Positions 47,693 through 56,962 of a DNA stretch of 64,000 nucleotides are shown in pieces. The position numbers and the translations under genes are program-made. This stretch comes from Bdellovibrionota bacterium (GTDB taxonomy: Bacteria > Bdellovibrionota_C > UBA2361 > JBGSMV01): positions 1 to 64,000 of the forward strand of contig JBGSMV010000026.1 of the NCBI GenBank assembly GCA_041739995.1. The letters run 5' to 3'. The notes under the pieces are model-generated. The model saw only the letters and a list, made by a program, of their open reading frames with translations, had not been told where the DNA came from and ran no database searches. Each line of letters begins with the position of its first letter. The stretch's first letter is position 1.

Positions 47693-48757
47693 ATGGATAT
47701 TTCGCATCAAGAAACGTTGCACAAGCTGCTTCGCTCAATTATTCATGAGCAGGGAGCGTTTCTCATGCGATTAAGTAAGAAGGAGCAGGCTGTTCTCGCA
47801 GCGGTTGAGTTCGACGCTGACTCATCGCTTAGCGATTTTGAGAAGCCCCTCCGGATGCCGGTGTCAACAATTCGCTATCATGTAAATAACCTACTCTCGC
47901 GCGGAGTGATTCGTTACTACCCTTTTGTAAATACCCTCGCATTGGGCTTTACCCCATATTCTCTTTTCTTTTCCCTTTCCGCCCATGGGCGCAAGACACA
48001 AGACAAGGTAATCGCAAGTTTACAGCGTAGACCCGAGGTATCTTGGTGTGCACAGATGGGTGGCCCCTATCATTTCTGCGCTACGATTCTTACTAAGAGT
48101 CTTGAGGACGTGACGCGATTTACCAATAAGTTCTGCGACGAATTTGGCGATCTTTTCTCAAGAAAGCAGATCGCCGGACAAACTTCTTTCACGCTGTTTC
48201 AAACGAAATACCTATACGAAACCCGTAAGGCCGATCGAGTACTGACCTGGTCACGCACTGTGAACGCTCATTCGCTAGACGAACTTGATGCCCAAATTCT
48301 TTCAGGACTGATTTCGCCGACCTTCGTTTCTCGCCGTGAGCTCGCGAGGTCGCTCGGAACCCCGATTGGAACAGTGGATAGTCGGGTACGGAAGTTGCGA
48401 GAGCATCAGATCATCCAAGGCGCGCTCTATTTGATCAATCCCCAGAACCTCTCGATGCACTGCTATAAGTTGCTCATTCACACTCGCGGCTTCTCGAGCG
48501 CTTTGGATCAGGAGCTATTTAAGTTTTGCCTTGAGCACCGAAATATCACTACCCTTATTCGTTGTGTGGGAAATTGGGACTATGAAATTGGCGTTGAGGT
48601 TTCCACGCCTGATGGCCTTCTTGATATTACCCATATACTGCAGGTGCACTTTGGTGAATCTATCGTCAAGATTGAAGAGCTGACCCAGTTTCGAGACCTG
48701 AAAGTGAATTGCTTCCCGTTTATCCCGCCCGCTGCCAGGCGAAGAGCTCGCGCCTAA
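47693..48757 (+). CDS. Lrp/AsnC-family regulator with duplicated wHTH-RAM architecture
   Basis: LSKKEQAVL...STIRYHVNNL and LDELDAQIL...TVDSRVRKL HTHs, each followed by a RAM-like domain; start possibly at 47765. Confidence 0.85.
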   Translation: MDISHQETLHKLLRSIIHEQGAFLMRLSKKEQAVLAAVEFDADSSLSDFEKPLRMPVSTIRYHVNNLLSRGVIRYYPFVNTLALGFTPYSLFFSLSAHGRKTQDKVIASLQRRPEVSWCAQMGGPYHFCATILTKSLEDVTRFTNKFCDEFGDLFSRKQIAGQTSFTLFQTKYLYETRKADRVLTWSRTVNAHSLDELDAQILSGLISPTFVSRRELARSLGTPIGTVDSRVRKLREHQIIQGALYLINPQNLSMHCYKLLIHTRGFSSALDQELFKFCLEHRNITTLIRCVGNWDYEIGVEVSTPDGLLDITHILQVHFGESIVKIEELTQFRDLKVNCFPFIPPAARRRARA

Positions 48758-48789
48758 TGCATAACGCTCGGGCGTTAGGTTTGCCGGGC

Positions 48790-51783
48790 CTAGTAAGCCG
48801 GCTTAAAGAATATAATCTCTTGTTCCGTCGAGGCATGACTGAGTTCGCTCAGTGCCGCACGTACCCTTTCGGCATCAGCGCCAGCCTGCGGATAGCGAGC
48901 CTCAACTTGTTCAAGATATCTCTCTATGCGTGTGCGTACTAGATCGAACCCCGGTATGGTGACGGGTGGACTAGCCCATCGTAGAACGCCGCCATGGCGC
49001 GACGGGTAAAAATCGAACTTAATACGGTCGGCACGTCCTGGGGATGGATCGATAAGGTTCGCTTGTGCAGGTGTAGATACTTCTCGAGATCCATCGTAGC
49101 CAACAACGCTGTAGGATCCGAATGAGGAGATGGTCACAGCTTCTGGTTCTGGCTGCGACTGAATTATTACCCGATCTACAAAACCAGTCGACGTCGGCGT
49201 AGACTGAATTATTACCCGATCTACAAAACCAGTCGACGTCGGCGTAACTGAGCCGAAATGTACAGAGCCCTGTGGTGAATCTTCGGAAATCTGGGTAGGA
49301 GTCGTTTGGCTGAACGAGGTGTTATAGTTGGCTTTGGCTTCGAGCATACTAACGAGTGCGTGAATGGAGACTCCTTCAAGCGCCAGCGTGGTCGCGGGGA
49401 ACGAATCTGAGACGAGCAGGAAACGCCGCTCGACTACGGAGTGCAATGCGCGCCGCAGCTCTTGCTGCACATCATTCGCTGCATAGGCTTGCACGTCGCT
49501 TACCGCTCCTTGCAGACCGCGAATGGCTGAATGATTGGCTGCTTGTCTTGCAGTTAGTCCGATCTGCTGCTCTAGGTGGGTCGGGGAGACCTCTCGAAGA
49601 ACCCGGTCCAGAGAAGCGGTATCGGTACTCGCCGGTATCTCGGTTACCATCGCGACTCTCTTTCCTGCAACGTCAGCATGCGAGAGAACTCTAAAGACAA
49701 TGCGCTGCTCGAAGAGCAATTGGTTGACTCTTTCCGCTGTGTTCCTCGGAAGCTGAAATTGTGCGTCCGAAGTAAATCCAACACGTACCGAGTCACCCTC
49801 AATCTTCGTCTTCGATAATGGAGCAAGTCGTCCGGACGGTAGCTTCTCGCAAATCTCGATCTCTGCATCGAGCAGAGGCATATCAACGCACGCGACTTCT
49901 CCGCTCCTCTTGCCGAGCAAGACTCCGAGCCGTGGATCTCCGCGCTTAAATCGCATGGAGAGCATCGATTTCTCATCGCTGATATCTTCCCAGTCGTGGA
50001 TGACTTGGTGCAGATTCTCCGGAGTTTTTGTGTACTTCTTGATAGGCTCGCTACCCGAGAGGACGCTAATCGACACCCCACCCACTGATGGAAGCTCCTC
50101 GTCGACGGGGCACTTTAATGTTGTCGTGAACTCATGCCTTTCAATCGATGTCATCCCAATATCAGCGCGTCGTTCGGGGAGCCAAAGAGGTTCGTACAGA
50201 TCGACTATTACTCCTCCGCTTCCTAAGCGCTCGGCATTGGATGACCAGTCGTCATTTGGAGCAAGAAGAGACCCCGCCTTGCCGACAGGAGCCACCAAGC
50301 TGTAAGAATCTGTGGCGCCCCCGACTGAAATTCCGATTTCGGGCCGGCTGCCAAGGGGCATATCCAGCATCTTCCCCTGAATTAATTCTGCGGGAACGCC
50401 TCCCAGAATTCCGCGGAAGCATCGAACTACTAGGTTATGCGTGCCACCGGAGGTTTGAAGACGGATAGTGGAATCATCTATCCGAAGAACTTCTAGTTCG
50501 GGACCAAGCGTGGGGACCGTTAATTTCTCCAATGGCGTAGCGGGTATGTAGCGATCGGCGAAGATGCCCCCTAAAAGTCCGGCGCCTAGTGCACTCGTGG
50601 CCGCGGTGACAAGGCCGACTCTTCGACTGAGGGGACGATGATGGTGAGAGCGAATCCAAGCGCGTGCCTCAGACTGGATTCGCGGATCGTTGAGCTCTTG
50701 CTCAAGCACCAGGGCCGATTCTCGCTTAACTCCTTCATTGAGGTCTGGAAGTCGCCACAGCTCTCGCGCGAGATCTACTCTGGTTCCTGGTTCACGAAGC
50801 AAAGAGAGCGCGGATTTATTTGCAGTCGTTGGATCCATGCGGAACAATTGTATAAGCGCTTGGATTCGATGAAAGCGGCTATCACGTGAGGTTGCTCCGA
50901 CTACGTAGTCTGCGATGCTCGAACAAAGACTCTTCTCGCCCGACTCGAACAATTTATTCAGTGCCGCGGCTTTAACACTGGGAGGTCCTCCCAGAACGTC
51001 AATAAGAACCTCACATGGCTCTTGGGCCAGTGGGCAAGCAAAGACACTGTAGGGTAGAACCACTTCGGTGAATTGGTCGAGCCAGGCGGTAGACTCCTTA
51101 GCGAGAAGGCGTCGCCCCTTCCGCTGGTGGATGCCGAAATCTTTCTCTTGATGCCGCACCGCGAATCGCTCTGCAGAGGTGAATAGTCGCGCATCAAACC
51201 ACACCACTTCCTCCGAAGTGGTACACAAGAGACGTGGCCCATGAAATTTGCGTGCGAAGGGCCTCTCTCCCGCCTTTGGCGGAACGCTAATGCGATCGAG
51301 CGACTCTAAGAGAGCGTATTTACCTCCGGCCGTGGTGGCATCGAGCGCCACGAACGATCTTCCTGCGATCGATGCGGTGCAGCGCCACCCATGCAAACCC
51401 GAAGCATTGTCCGGGAATTTCCCGAACTCGAAACGGAAGACGGGCAGTTTCGAGTTCCCGCGAGCACTTGAGAGTACTAGCCGATTCGCATGACCATCGA
51501 TATTGGTGAGAGGCACACACGTGCCGAACGGAACTAGACAGCGTAAAAGCTCTCCGTGGCGCTCCTTCGTGAGCCAAGAGAACCCTGGCCCTTTCGTGGT
51601 TGGAATCCCTCCACCTGTCATAAACCGCCACCAGTGGGATCTTGCCCGCCAGAGTTTCGAGCCGGTGAGCGCTAATCGTTGGTCAGTCGAGAGCTCTGCC
51701 CAGCCCGATTGCATCGCGCGACGAAACGCGGCGCTCGCTGGCGTTGCCACAGTTTCCGCAGATTGTTGGTTGGGTTCAAACAT
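48790..51783 (-). CDS. large single-pass membrane protein
   Basis: 997 aa; central TM (LVTAATSALGAGLLGGIFA) after a basic stretch. Confidence 0.8.
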   Translation of the reverse strand: MFEPNQQSAETVATPASAAFRRAMQSGWAELSTDQRLALTGSKLWRARSHWWRFMTGGGIPTTKGPGFSWLTKERHGELLRCLVPFGTCVPLTNIDGHANRLVLSSARGNSKLPVFRFEFGKFPDNASGLHGWRCTASIAGRSFVALDATTAGGKYALLESLDRISVPPKAGERPFARKFHGPRLLCTTSEEVVWFDARLFTSAERFAVRHQEKDFGIHQRKGRRLLAKESTAWLDQFTEVVLPYSVFACPLAQEPCEVLIDVLGGPPSVKAAALNKLFESGEKSLCSSIADYVVGATSRDSRFHRIQALIQLFRMDPTTANKSALSLLREPGTRVDLARELWRLPDLNEGVKRESALVLEQELNDPRIQSEARAWIRSHHHRPLSRRVGLVTAATSALGAGLLGGIFADRYIPATPLEKLTVPTLGPELEVLRIDDSTIRLQTSGGTHNLVVRCFRGILGGVPAELIQGKMLDMPLGSRPEIGISVGGATDSYSLVAPVGKAGSLLAPNDDWSSNAERLGSGGVIVDLYEPLWLPERRADIGMTSIERHEFTTTLKCPVDEELPSVGGVSISVLSGSEPIKKYTKTPENLHQVIHDWEDISDEKSMLSMRFKRGDPRLGVLLGKRSGEVACVDMPLLDAEIEICEKLPSGRLAPLSKTKIEGDSVRVGFTSDAQFQLPRNTAERVNQLLFEQRIVFRVLSHADVAGKRVAMVTEIPASTDTASLDRVLREVSPTHLEQQIGLTARQAANHSAIRGLQGAVSDVQAYAANDVQQELRRALHSVVERRFLLVSDSFPATTLALEGVSIHALVSMLEAKANYNTSFSQTTPTQISEDSPQGSVHFGSVTPTSTGFVDRVIIQSTPTSTGFVDRVIIQSQPEPEAVTISSFGSYSVVGYDGSREVSTPAQANLIDPSPGRADRIKFDFYPSRHGGVLRWASPPVTIPGFDLVRTRIERYLEQVEARYPQAGADAERVRAALSELSHASTEQEIIFFKPAY
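49157..49246. repeat. perfect 45-bp tandem duplication (in frame)
   Basis: gactgaattattacccgatctacaaaaccagtcgacgtcggcgta x2 = TPTSTGFVDRVIIQS x2. Confidence 0.95.
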
Positions 51784-51787
51784 AAGG

Positions 51788-54319
51788 TTAATCGTCTTCG
51801 TTCTCTGATGTTCTGAGTCGATCCTCGAGCAACCGATGCCAATAGAGCGCCGACAAAAGGCGGTCTACGCCGTCCTGAAGCCATGCGTATTCACTGCGGT
51901 AGTACGTGCCCTTCAATAGCACTGCACTCTCCGCTTGCATGCCCACGAGTGTGCTGAGCAAGGCCCCCAGTTCCGAATGAACCGAGCGAATCGACTCTAA
52001 AACTGTCAGGGCTGCTTTAGGATCGTCCTGCGCCGAACTGGAAACCCAAATTCCATCGGTGTCCCCCTGGTTCTGTATGAAGTGTTCGATTTTTTCCCAG
52101 GGGGTCTTGACCACTTCGTCCTTATTCTTGGGCAGCGGATCGCCGCGGGCAGAGGGCGCTTCCTGCAATCCATCAAGAATCACTGCAAGCCTCGTGAGTT
52201 GCTTCTCCCATTGGGGCGAGGTTTCAGAGGATCCTCGAGGAGGAACCAACGCCTCATCGTCCGCGAGGGACTGTTCAAGAGCTTCAAGTGCGTTCATTTC
52301 GGAGCCAGAATTTTCTCGGGAGGATACCGCGGGGGATGTCTCTTCTTCATTGGCTTGCGCAAGAATTCTGCGAACCTCATAACTCGCTGGATTACATTCG
52401 TCTCTCAGCTTGATAAGGGTCTGATTGATGGTCTGCAGAAGCGCTTCAGCCTCTAGCCGAGGACTCAGAAACGAACCCGGCAGGACAGCGGAAGATGTGA
52501 GCTCAAAAGTCGCTTCTTCCCGTTCCTCCTCGCTTACGTACTCTCGGAGCACGACTTCGGTCGCCTCATCGTTCTTAGAGCCATCCCCCTGAATGGAGCT
52601 ATGCCAAAATTTAAAGTGGAGCTCCTCAGCAAGGTTGGCCAAATGAGCAGAGTATCGATGCGGGAAGTGAACCCAGACTGACATCGTTCCAGTTTTCTCG
52701 TCGAAATAGGCATCAGCGACACTAATGTCAGGTATCCGCTCTACCTCAGCATAAAGTGAGGTATCGGGAAGCCGCGCGACAATACCAATCGGACGGTCGC
52801 TCAGGAGCTTGGCCTCCAACTCAGCAGAGCGCATCAGGAATCTGAACTCTGCATTCACACCTCTATCGGTGCTCACAACATTGTGAACGAAGGGCATCTC
52901 GGGAGCGATGTGTCGCTGTGACTCCAGTGGAACGCAAAGGGGCGAGATAAACAGAGCCGGGACAACTTTCTCCCCAGGTGAAAATCCCGCGAGGGAAGAG
53001 GCACTGACCTCAGAGGGGACGCCCCAGCTATCAACAACCGAAAACCCGTCCCAGAACTGCGCCGTTCTAAATACTGGCCACCGATTTCCCTTCGGAGTTA
53101 TCAGGAAAGAAGCCGAATCTGCATTAATTTGAGGTGTCGGGCTCACAATAGAAGGTGCATCAACGTCGGTGCCAAAAAAGCGCGCGGCACGAATACAAAA
53201 CACTGACGTTGCGGCAGTCACCACTGCAGTGCTGCCAAACACCACGAGAGCTCGAGCGCGTTTTGGCTCGGGCGCAACTCGACGCCGTAGAAGACGGGTG
53301 CCATCTCGACCGAGTGCGCGCCCAGTTTCATTATAAACGCAAAGCCGTAAGGCGGCTTCAGGATCAAGTTTCTCGGTGAGCTGTAAGAGGTTGCGGCGTT
53401 CCGAGCGACGTTCGAGGCTCTCGAGCATTGCACCCAATGCCTCGTGACCAATTGACCGAGTCGGGTCAAGTAGGGCTTCTTCGAAGTTCTTACCGACTGC
53501 GTTTCCTAGCGTTCGCGCAAGCAACAAAAGATCAAATCCGTTCTGCTCAGGGGAAAATTGAAAGTGAACCGACTTGAGAGTGCCAGGCATGACCTCTTCG
53601 ACCCACTGCCAGATTTGTGGACCGAGTGTACGCGGTGATATTTCCTGGGGCGAGGAGGTAAGTGGTAGCTGCTCCTTGGCTTGAAGGGCTTTGACGAGAA
53701 AATCTCGAAGCTCGCCAGAGATCCACATGAGATGACCCGGTTCTTCCCAACAACAAGGACGTGTCTGAATAGCGGCAAGTGCCGCATGCTGAGGAAGGGT
53801 GTGTTCTTCGTTTAGTTTTCCCCGAAGACTTGCCGACAGCTCCGCTGGATTTACCAGTACGTCGATAGTCTTTGACCGTGCGTCACGTCGCTCTATCACC
53901 CACGTTGGTTCTGCACCATGCAGCGCCGTCGAGTTCCCTACGCGAGTGTGCCAACGGGCGCAGTAGACGGTGTTCTCATCGGTTTCAATCCCACCGCGGA
54001 ACTCTCCTCGAAGAAAACCTCCTACCCTTGTTTCTTTTAGTGTTGACGGCACCTGCCACTTGATCTCGACCCCAGCGTGATGGCTGAGGGGAATAAAATC
54101 GGCCATAAGGGTTCGATAACGTGGTTGATCGAGCCACCGAAAGCGAGCGGATTGGCGCGGCACGCCCATCGGGGCGCTTGAGACTGGGGTGTTAAGAACG
54201 CTGAGCACGAACCGTTCGTAACGAGAATTTAAAGCGGAGCTTGTCGCGAGCGTATCGGGTGCAGTTAGCGCACCAGTGGCACTAGATTGCCGTAAGGCTT
54301 GATTTCCTTGATTTCGCAT
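51788..54319 (-). CDS. large single-pass membrane protein, paralog of 48790
   Basis: 843 aa; same layout; FRWLDQPRYRTLMADFIPL vs FSWLTKERHGELLRCLVPF; 4-bp gap to the next gene. Confidence 0.8.
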   Translation of the reverse strand: MRNQGNQALRQSSATGALTAPDTLATSSALNSRYERFVLSVLNTPVSSAPMGVPRQSARFRWLDQPRYRTLMADFIPLSHHAGVEIKWQVPSTLKETRVGGFLRGEFRGGIETDENTVYCARWHTRVGNSTALHGAEPTWVIERRDARSKTIDVLVNPAELSASLRGKLNEEHTLPQHAALAAIQTRPCCWEEPGHLMWISGELRDFLVKALQAKEQLPLTSSPQEISPRTLGPQIWQWVEEVMPGTLKSVHFQFSPEQNGFDLLLLARTLGNAVGKNFEEALLDPTRSIGHEALGAMLESLERRSERRNLLQLTEKLDPEAALRLCVYNETGRALGRDGTRLLRRRVAPEPKRARALVVFGSTAVVTAATSVFCIRAARFFGTDVDAPSIVSPTPQINADSASFLITPKGNRWPVFRTAQFWDGFSVVDSWGVPSEVSASSLAGFSPGEKVVPALFISPLCVPLESQRHIAPEMPFVHNVVSTDRGVNAEFRFLMRSAELEAKLLSDRPIGIVARLPDTSLYAEVERIPDISVADAYFDEKTGTMSVWVHFPHRYSAHLANLAEELHFKFWHSSIQGDGSKNDEATEVVLREYVSEEEREEATFELTSSAVLPGSFLSPRLEAEALLQTINQTLIKLRDECNPASYEVRRILAQANEEETSPAVSSRENSGSEMNALEALEQSLADDEALVPPRGSSETSPQWEKQLTRLAVILDGLQEAPSARGDPLPKNKDEVVKTPWEKIEHFIQNQGDTDGIWVSSSAQDDPKAALTVLESIRSVHSELGALLSTLVGMQAESAVLLKGTYYRSEYAWLQDGVDRLLSALYWHRLLEDRLRTSENEDD

Positions 54320-54561
54320 TAGGGGCTGAGTGTAACGGACCGGGCGACCTAATCAACGCGAGCCGCCCTGAGGTCCTTGAATCTTGCTGGCAGGAAACTC
54401 GGTTACCGATATACGAAATGGGGCCAGGCCACTTCGAAACTCCCGCAAATTCGCCAAGTTATAATATTCATAGTCGACGAGGATCCACCGTTAGCTTTAC
54501 CTAGATTGCCTAGATGGAGATCGGCTCAAATGTCCCTGCGTGAGTGGGCTAAAAGATCGAA

Positions 54562-55152
54562 ATGATCGAAGAAAATCTGCTAGTTGTGGGAGCGATTGAG
54601 GTCTCTGAGGGAAGGGGGTTAGGCGGCGAGGGAGGCATTGTTTGGAGTAGCGACACAGCCATATCGAACGCTGCCAAGAGTTTTCTCAAAACGGATTGGA
54701 AGCCCAGGGGGCCAAATTTTAACTTCAGAATGAACGACATCACTGCGAGTCTTGTGCGTTCACATCTGGAGCGATTATCCTCGTTCGTCGAATGCAGACA
54801 CTAGCTCTTCGAGATATATTCCTCCGCTCTCGAGCGATCTAAACACACCATCCTGCCGCTAGTTTACTTTGATATTGCCTATAGATTCGTACTTCTAATA
54901 AAATCCACAAAGCTTCGCGAGCAGATCCACCGCTACTTTCTTTCTCAAGGAGTCGAGACATCCCTGCTCTTCTCTTCTGACGAACTTCTGCATCAGCAAC
55001 ACACTCCCATTAGAGCGACGTGCCCAAATACCGAGAGACGTTCTGAACAGTCCTTATTAATTCCTTGATTTCCTGATCTCTCATCGGCAGAACTTGATAC
55101 GATAACCCAGGCACTACACTCGGTGCCCAGCCAATTTGCTGAAGAACTTTAG
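54562..55152 (+). pseudogene. DegT/DnrJ/EryC1/StrS aminotransferase remnant
   Basis: GGEGGIV, NFRMNDITASL, CPNTE...SLLIP*FPDLS, with in-frame stops at about 54802 and 55066. Confidence 0.75.
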
Positions 55153-55191
55153 AACCAGCGCCGATAGCATCACGCTCAACATGAATTACTC

Positions 55192-55290
55192 TGATCTTCC
55201 CCCGCTTTAGTGGACACGATTATACGAGGGAGGCGTGGTCTAGAAGCATTGAAACTCTATTAAAGAGGAGTAGATGAGAAGACGGCGGGC
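55192..55290 (+). mobile_element. IS3-family left-end remnant
   Basis: TGATCTTCCCCCGCTTTAGTGGACACG resembles the IS3 terminal IR (recalled as TGATCTTACCCAGCAATAGTGGACAC); followed by GAGGAG and ATG-RRRR, then breaks off. Confidence 0.55.
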
Positions 55291-55339
55291 GGAGGAGGTG
55301 GAGTTCTTTGCGGTTCGACTCATACCAGCAGCGCTTCTA

Positions 55340-55530
55340 TTATCCCACACCCTCAGCCGATAAGAACGGAATATACCTAATCGGATCCACCGCCGTACTA
55401 TGTCTGCTAAGCTCAAAGTGCAGATGCGGCTTCGTTACCATTCCAGTGGCCCCCACCAGGCCTAAGATCTCCCCCGCGCGCACTCGGCACCAGATAGATA
55501 ACCGCTGAGAGCTTAGTTGAGCGTAGTCGC
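55340..55530 (-). pseudogene. M23 peptidase C-terminal fragment
   Basis: VRAGEILGLVGATGMVTKPHLHFEL...VDP; the N-terminal HxxxD is absent. Confidence 0.75.
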
Positions 55531-55652
55531 TAGCACAGCTCTCTCCGTGAAAGATCCAGCTTGGAGCGGTCAGAGTGTTGCACAATTTCTGGCCGAAATA
55601 TGACTTTGCAGAAGGTACTGCGCGTTTTCTGGATCAGTGCTAAAATCGTTGC

Positions 55653-56957
55653 ATGAGCGAAAAACGACCGATTCCAACTGCAACACCGCTTAAAAATTCC
55701 GAATCCTCGCACGGGACCAACGGAGTTTCTGCAACTCAAAGCCGTTCCTCGCAGAAAGCGCTAAGCAGCCAAGAACACATCGCGATTACTGAGCAGTTCA
55801 GCGCCAAGAATTATACACCGCTCGATGTCGTGCTGACCCGAGGCGAAGGTGCATGGTTATTCGATGTTGAAGGCAAGCGCTATCTCGACATGCTAAGTGC
55901 CTACAGTGCGGTAACTTGGGGGCACTGCAATCCTCGATTCGTCGCGGTGGCGGAAGCGCAAATGAAAAAACTGACTCTGTGTAGCCGAGGATTTTATAGC
56001 GATCAAACCGGACTGCTATGCAGAGATCTCGCTGAGCTCTGCGGAATGGAGCAAGTGCTTCCGATGAACAGCGGAGCTGAAGCTGTAGAGACTGCCATAA
56101 AGGCGGCGAGAAAGTGGGCGTACGAGGTAAAGAAAGTTCCGGACGATAAGGCGGAGATAATAGTTTTTAGCGGCAACTTTCATGGTCGCACTGTCACGAT
56201 TGTGAGTGCCAGTAGTTCCAAAGTGAGTCGTGATCACTTTGGTCCGCTTACACCGGGCTTTGTTATGGCTCCCTACGGTGACATCGAGGCGCTGAGAAAA
56301 CTGATTACTCCTCATACCGCCGCGATTCTCATTGAGCCGATTCAAGGAGAAGGCGGAGTTATAGTTCCGCCAGCAGGTTTCTTAAAGGGAGTGCGCGCTT
56401 TGTGCGATGAGCATCGAGTGCTGATGCTTGCAGACGAAATCCAAACTGGCTTGTGTAGAACCGGAGCGGTGTTCGCGTGCGATCATGAACAGGTAAAGCC
56501 CGACCTTTATATTCTCGGTAAGGCGCTTGGCGCCGCGCTGATGCCGGTTTCGGCAGTAGTGGGACGTAATGAGGTCATGGATGTTTTTACGTCAGGGACT
56601 CATGGCAGCACCTTTGGTGGGAATCCGCTCGGGGCTGCGATTGCTCGTGAAGTGATTGCATATATAAGAGAGGAAAAGCCCGAGGTAAGAGCACGTGAGC
56701 TTGGTGACTATTTCGTCGAGCGCTTGAAGGCTGCGAATCTCTCGAAGATCAGCAGCATTCGAGGACGAGGACTGTTTGTAGGTCTTGATGTGGCAAGTCA
56801 GTACGGCAAAGCTAAGGCGTTTTGCACAGAGTTCATGAAGCTTGGGCTTTTGTGCAAAGACACTCGTGACCAGACCATCCGGTTCGCACCCCCAGTCGTA
56901 GTGACCAAGAAAGAAATAGACTGGGCTGTGGAGCAAGCAAAGGTGGTGCTCGGTTAG
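55653..56957 (+). CDS. rocD: ornithine--oxo-acid aminotransferase
   Basis: YLDMLSAYSA, LPMNSGAEAVETAIK, EPIQGEGG, DEIQTGL, LGKALG, HGSTFGGNPL. Confidence 0.93.
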   Translation: MSEKRPIPTATPLKNSESSHGTNGVSATQSRSSQKALSSQEHIAITEQFSAKNYTPLDVVLTRGEGAWLFDVEGKRYLDMLSAYSAVTWGHCNPRFVAVAEAQMKKLTLCSRGFYSDQTGLLCRDLAELCGMEQVLPMNSGAEAVETAIKAARKWAYEVKKVPDDKAEIIVFSGNFHGRTVTIVSASSSKVSRDHFGPLTPGFVMAPYGDIEALRKLITPHTAAILIEPIQGEGGVIVPPAGFLKGVRALCDEHRVLMLADEIQTGLCRTGAVFACDHEQVKPDLYILGKALGAALMPVSAVVGRNEVMDVFTSGTHGSTFGGNPLGAAIAREVIAYIREEKPEVRARELGDYFVERLKAANLSKISSIRGRGLFVGLDVASQYGKAKAFCTEFMKLGLLCKDTRDQTIRFAPPVVVTKKEIDWAVEQAKVVLG

Positions 56958-56962
56958 TTTCC

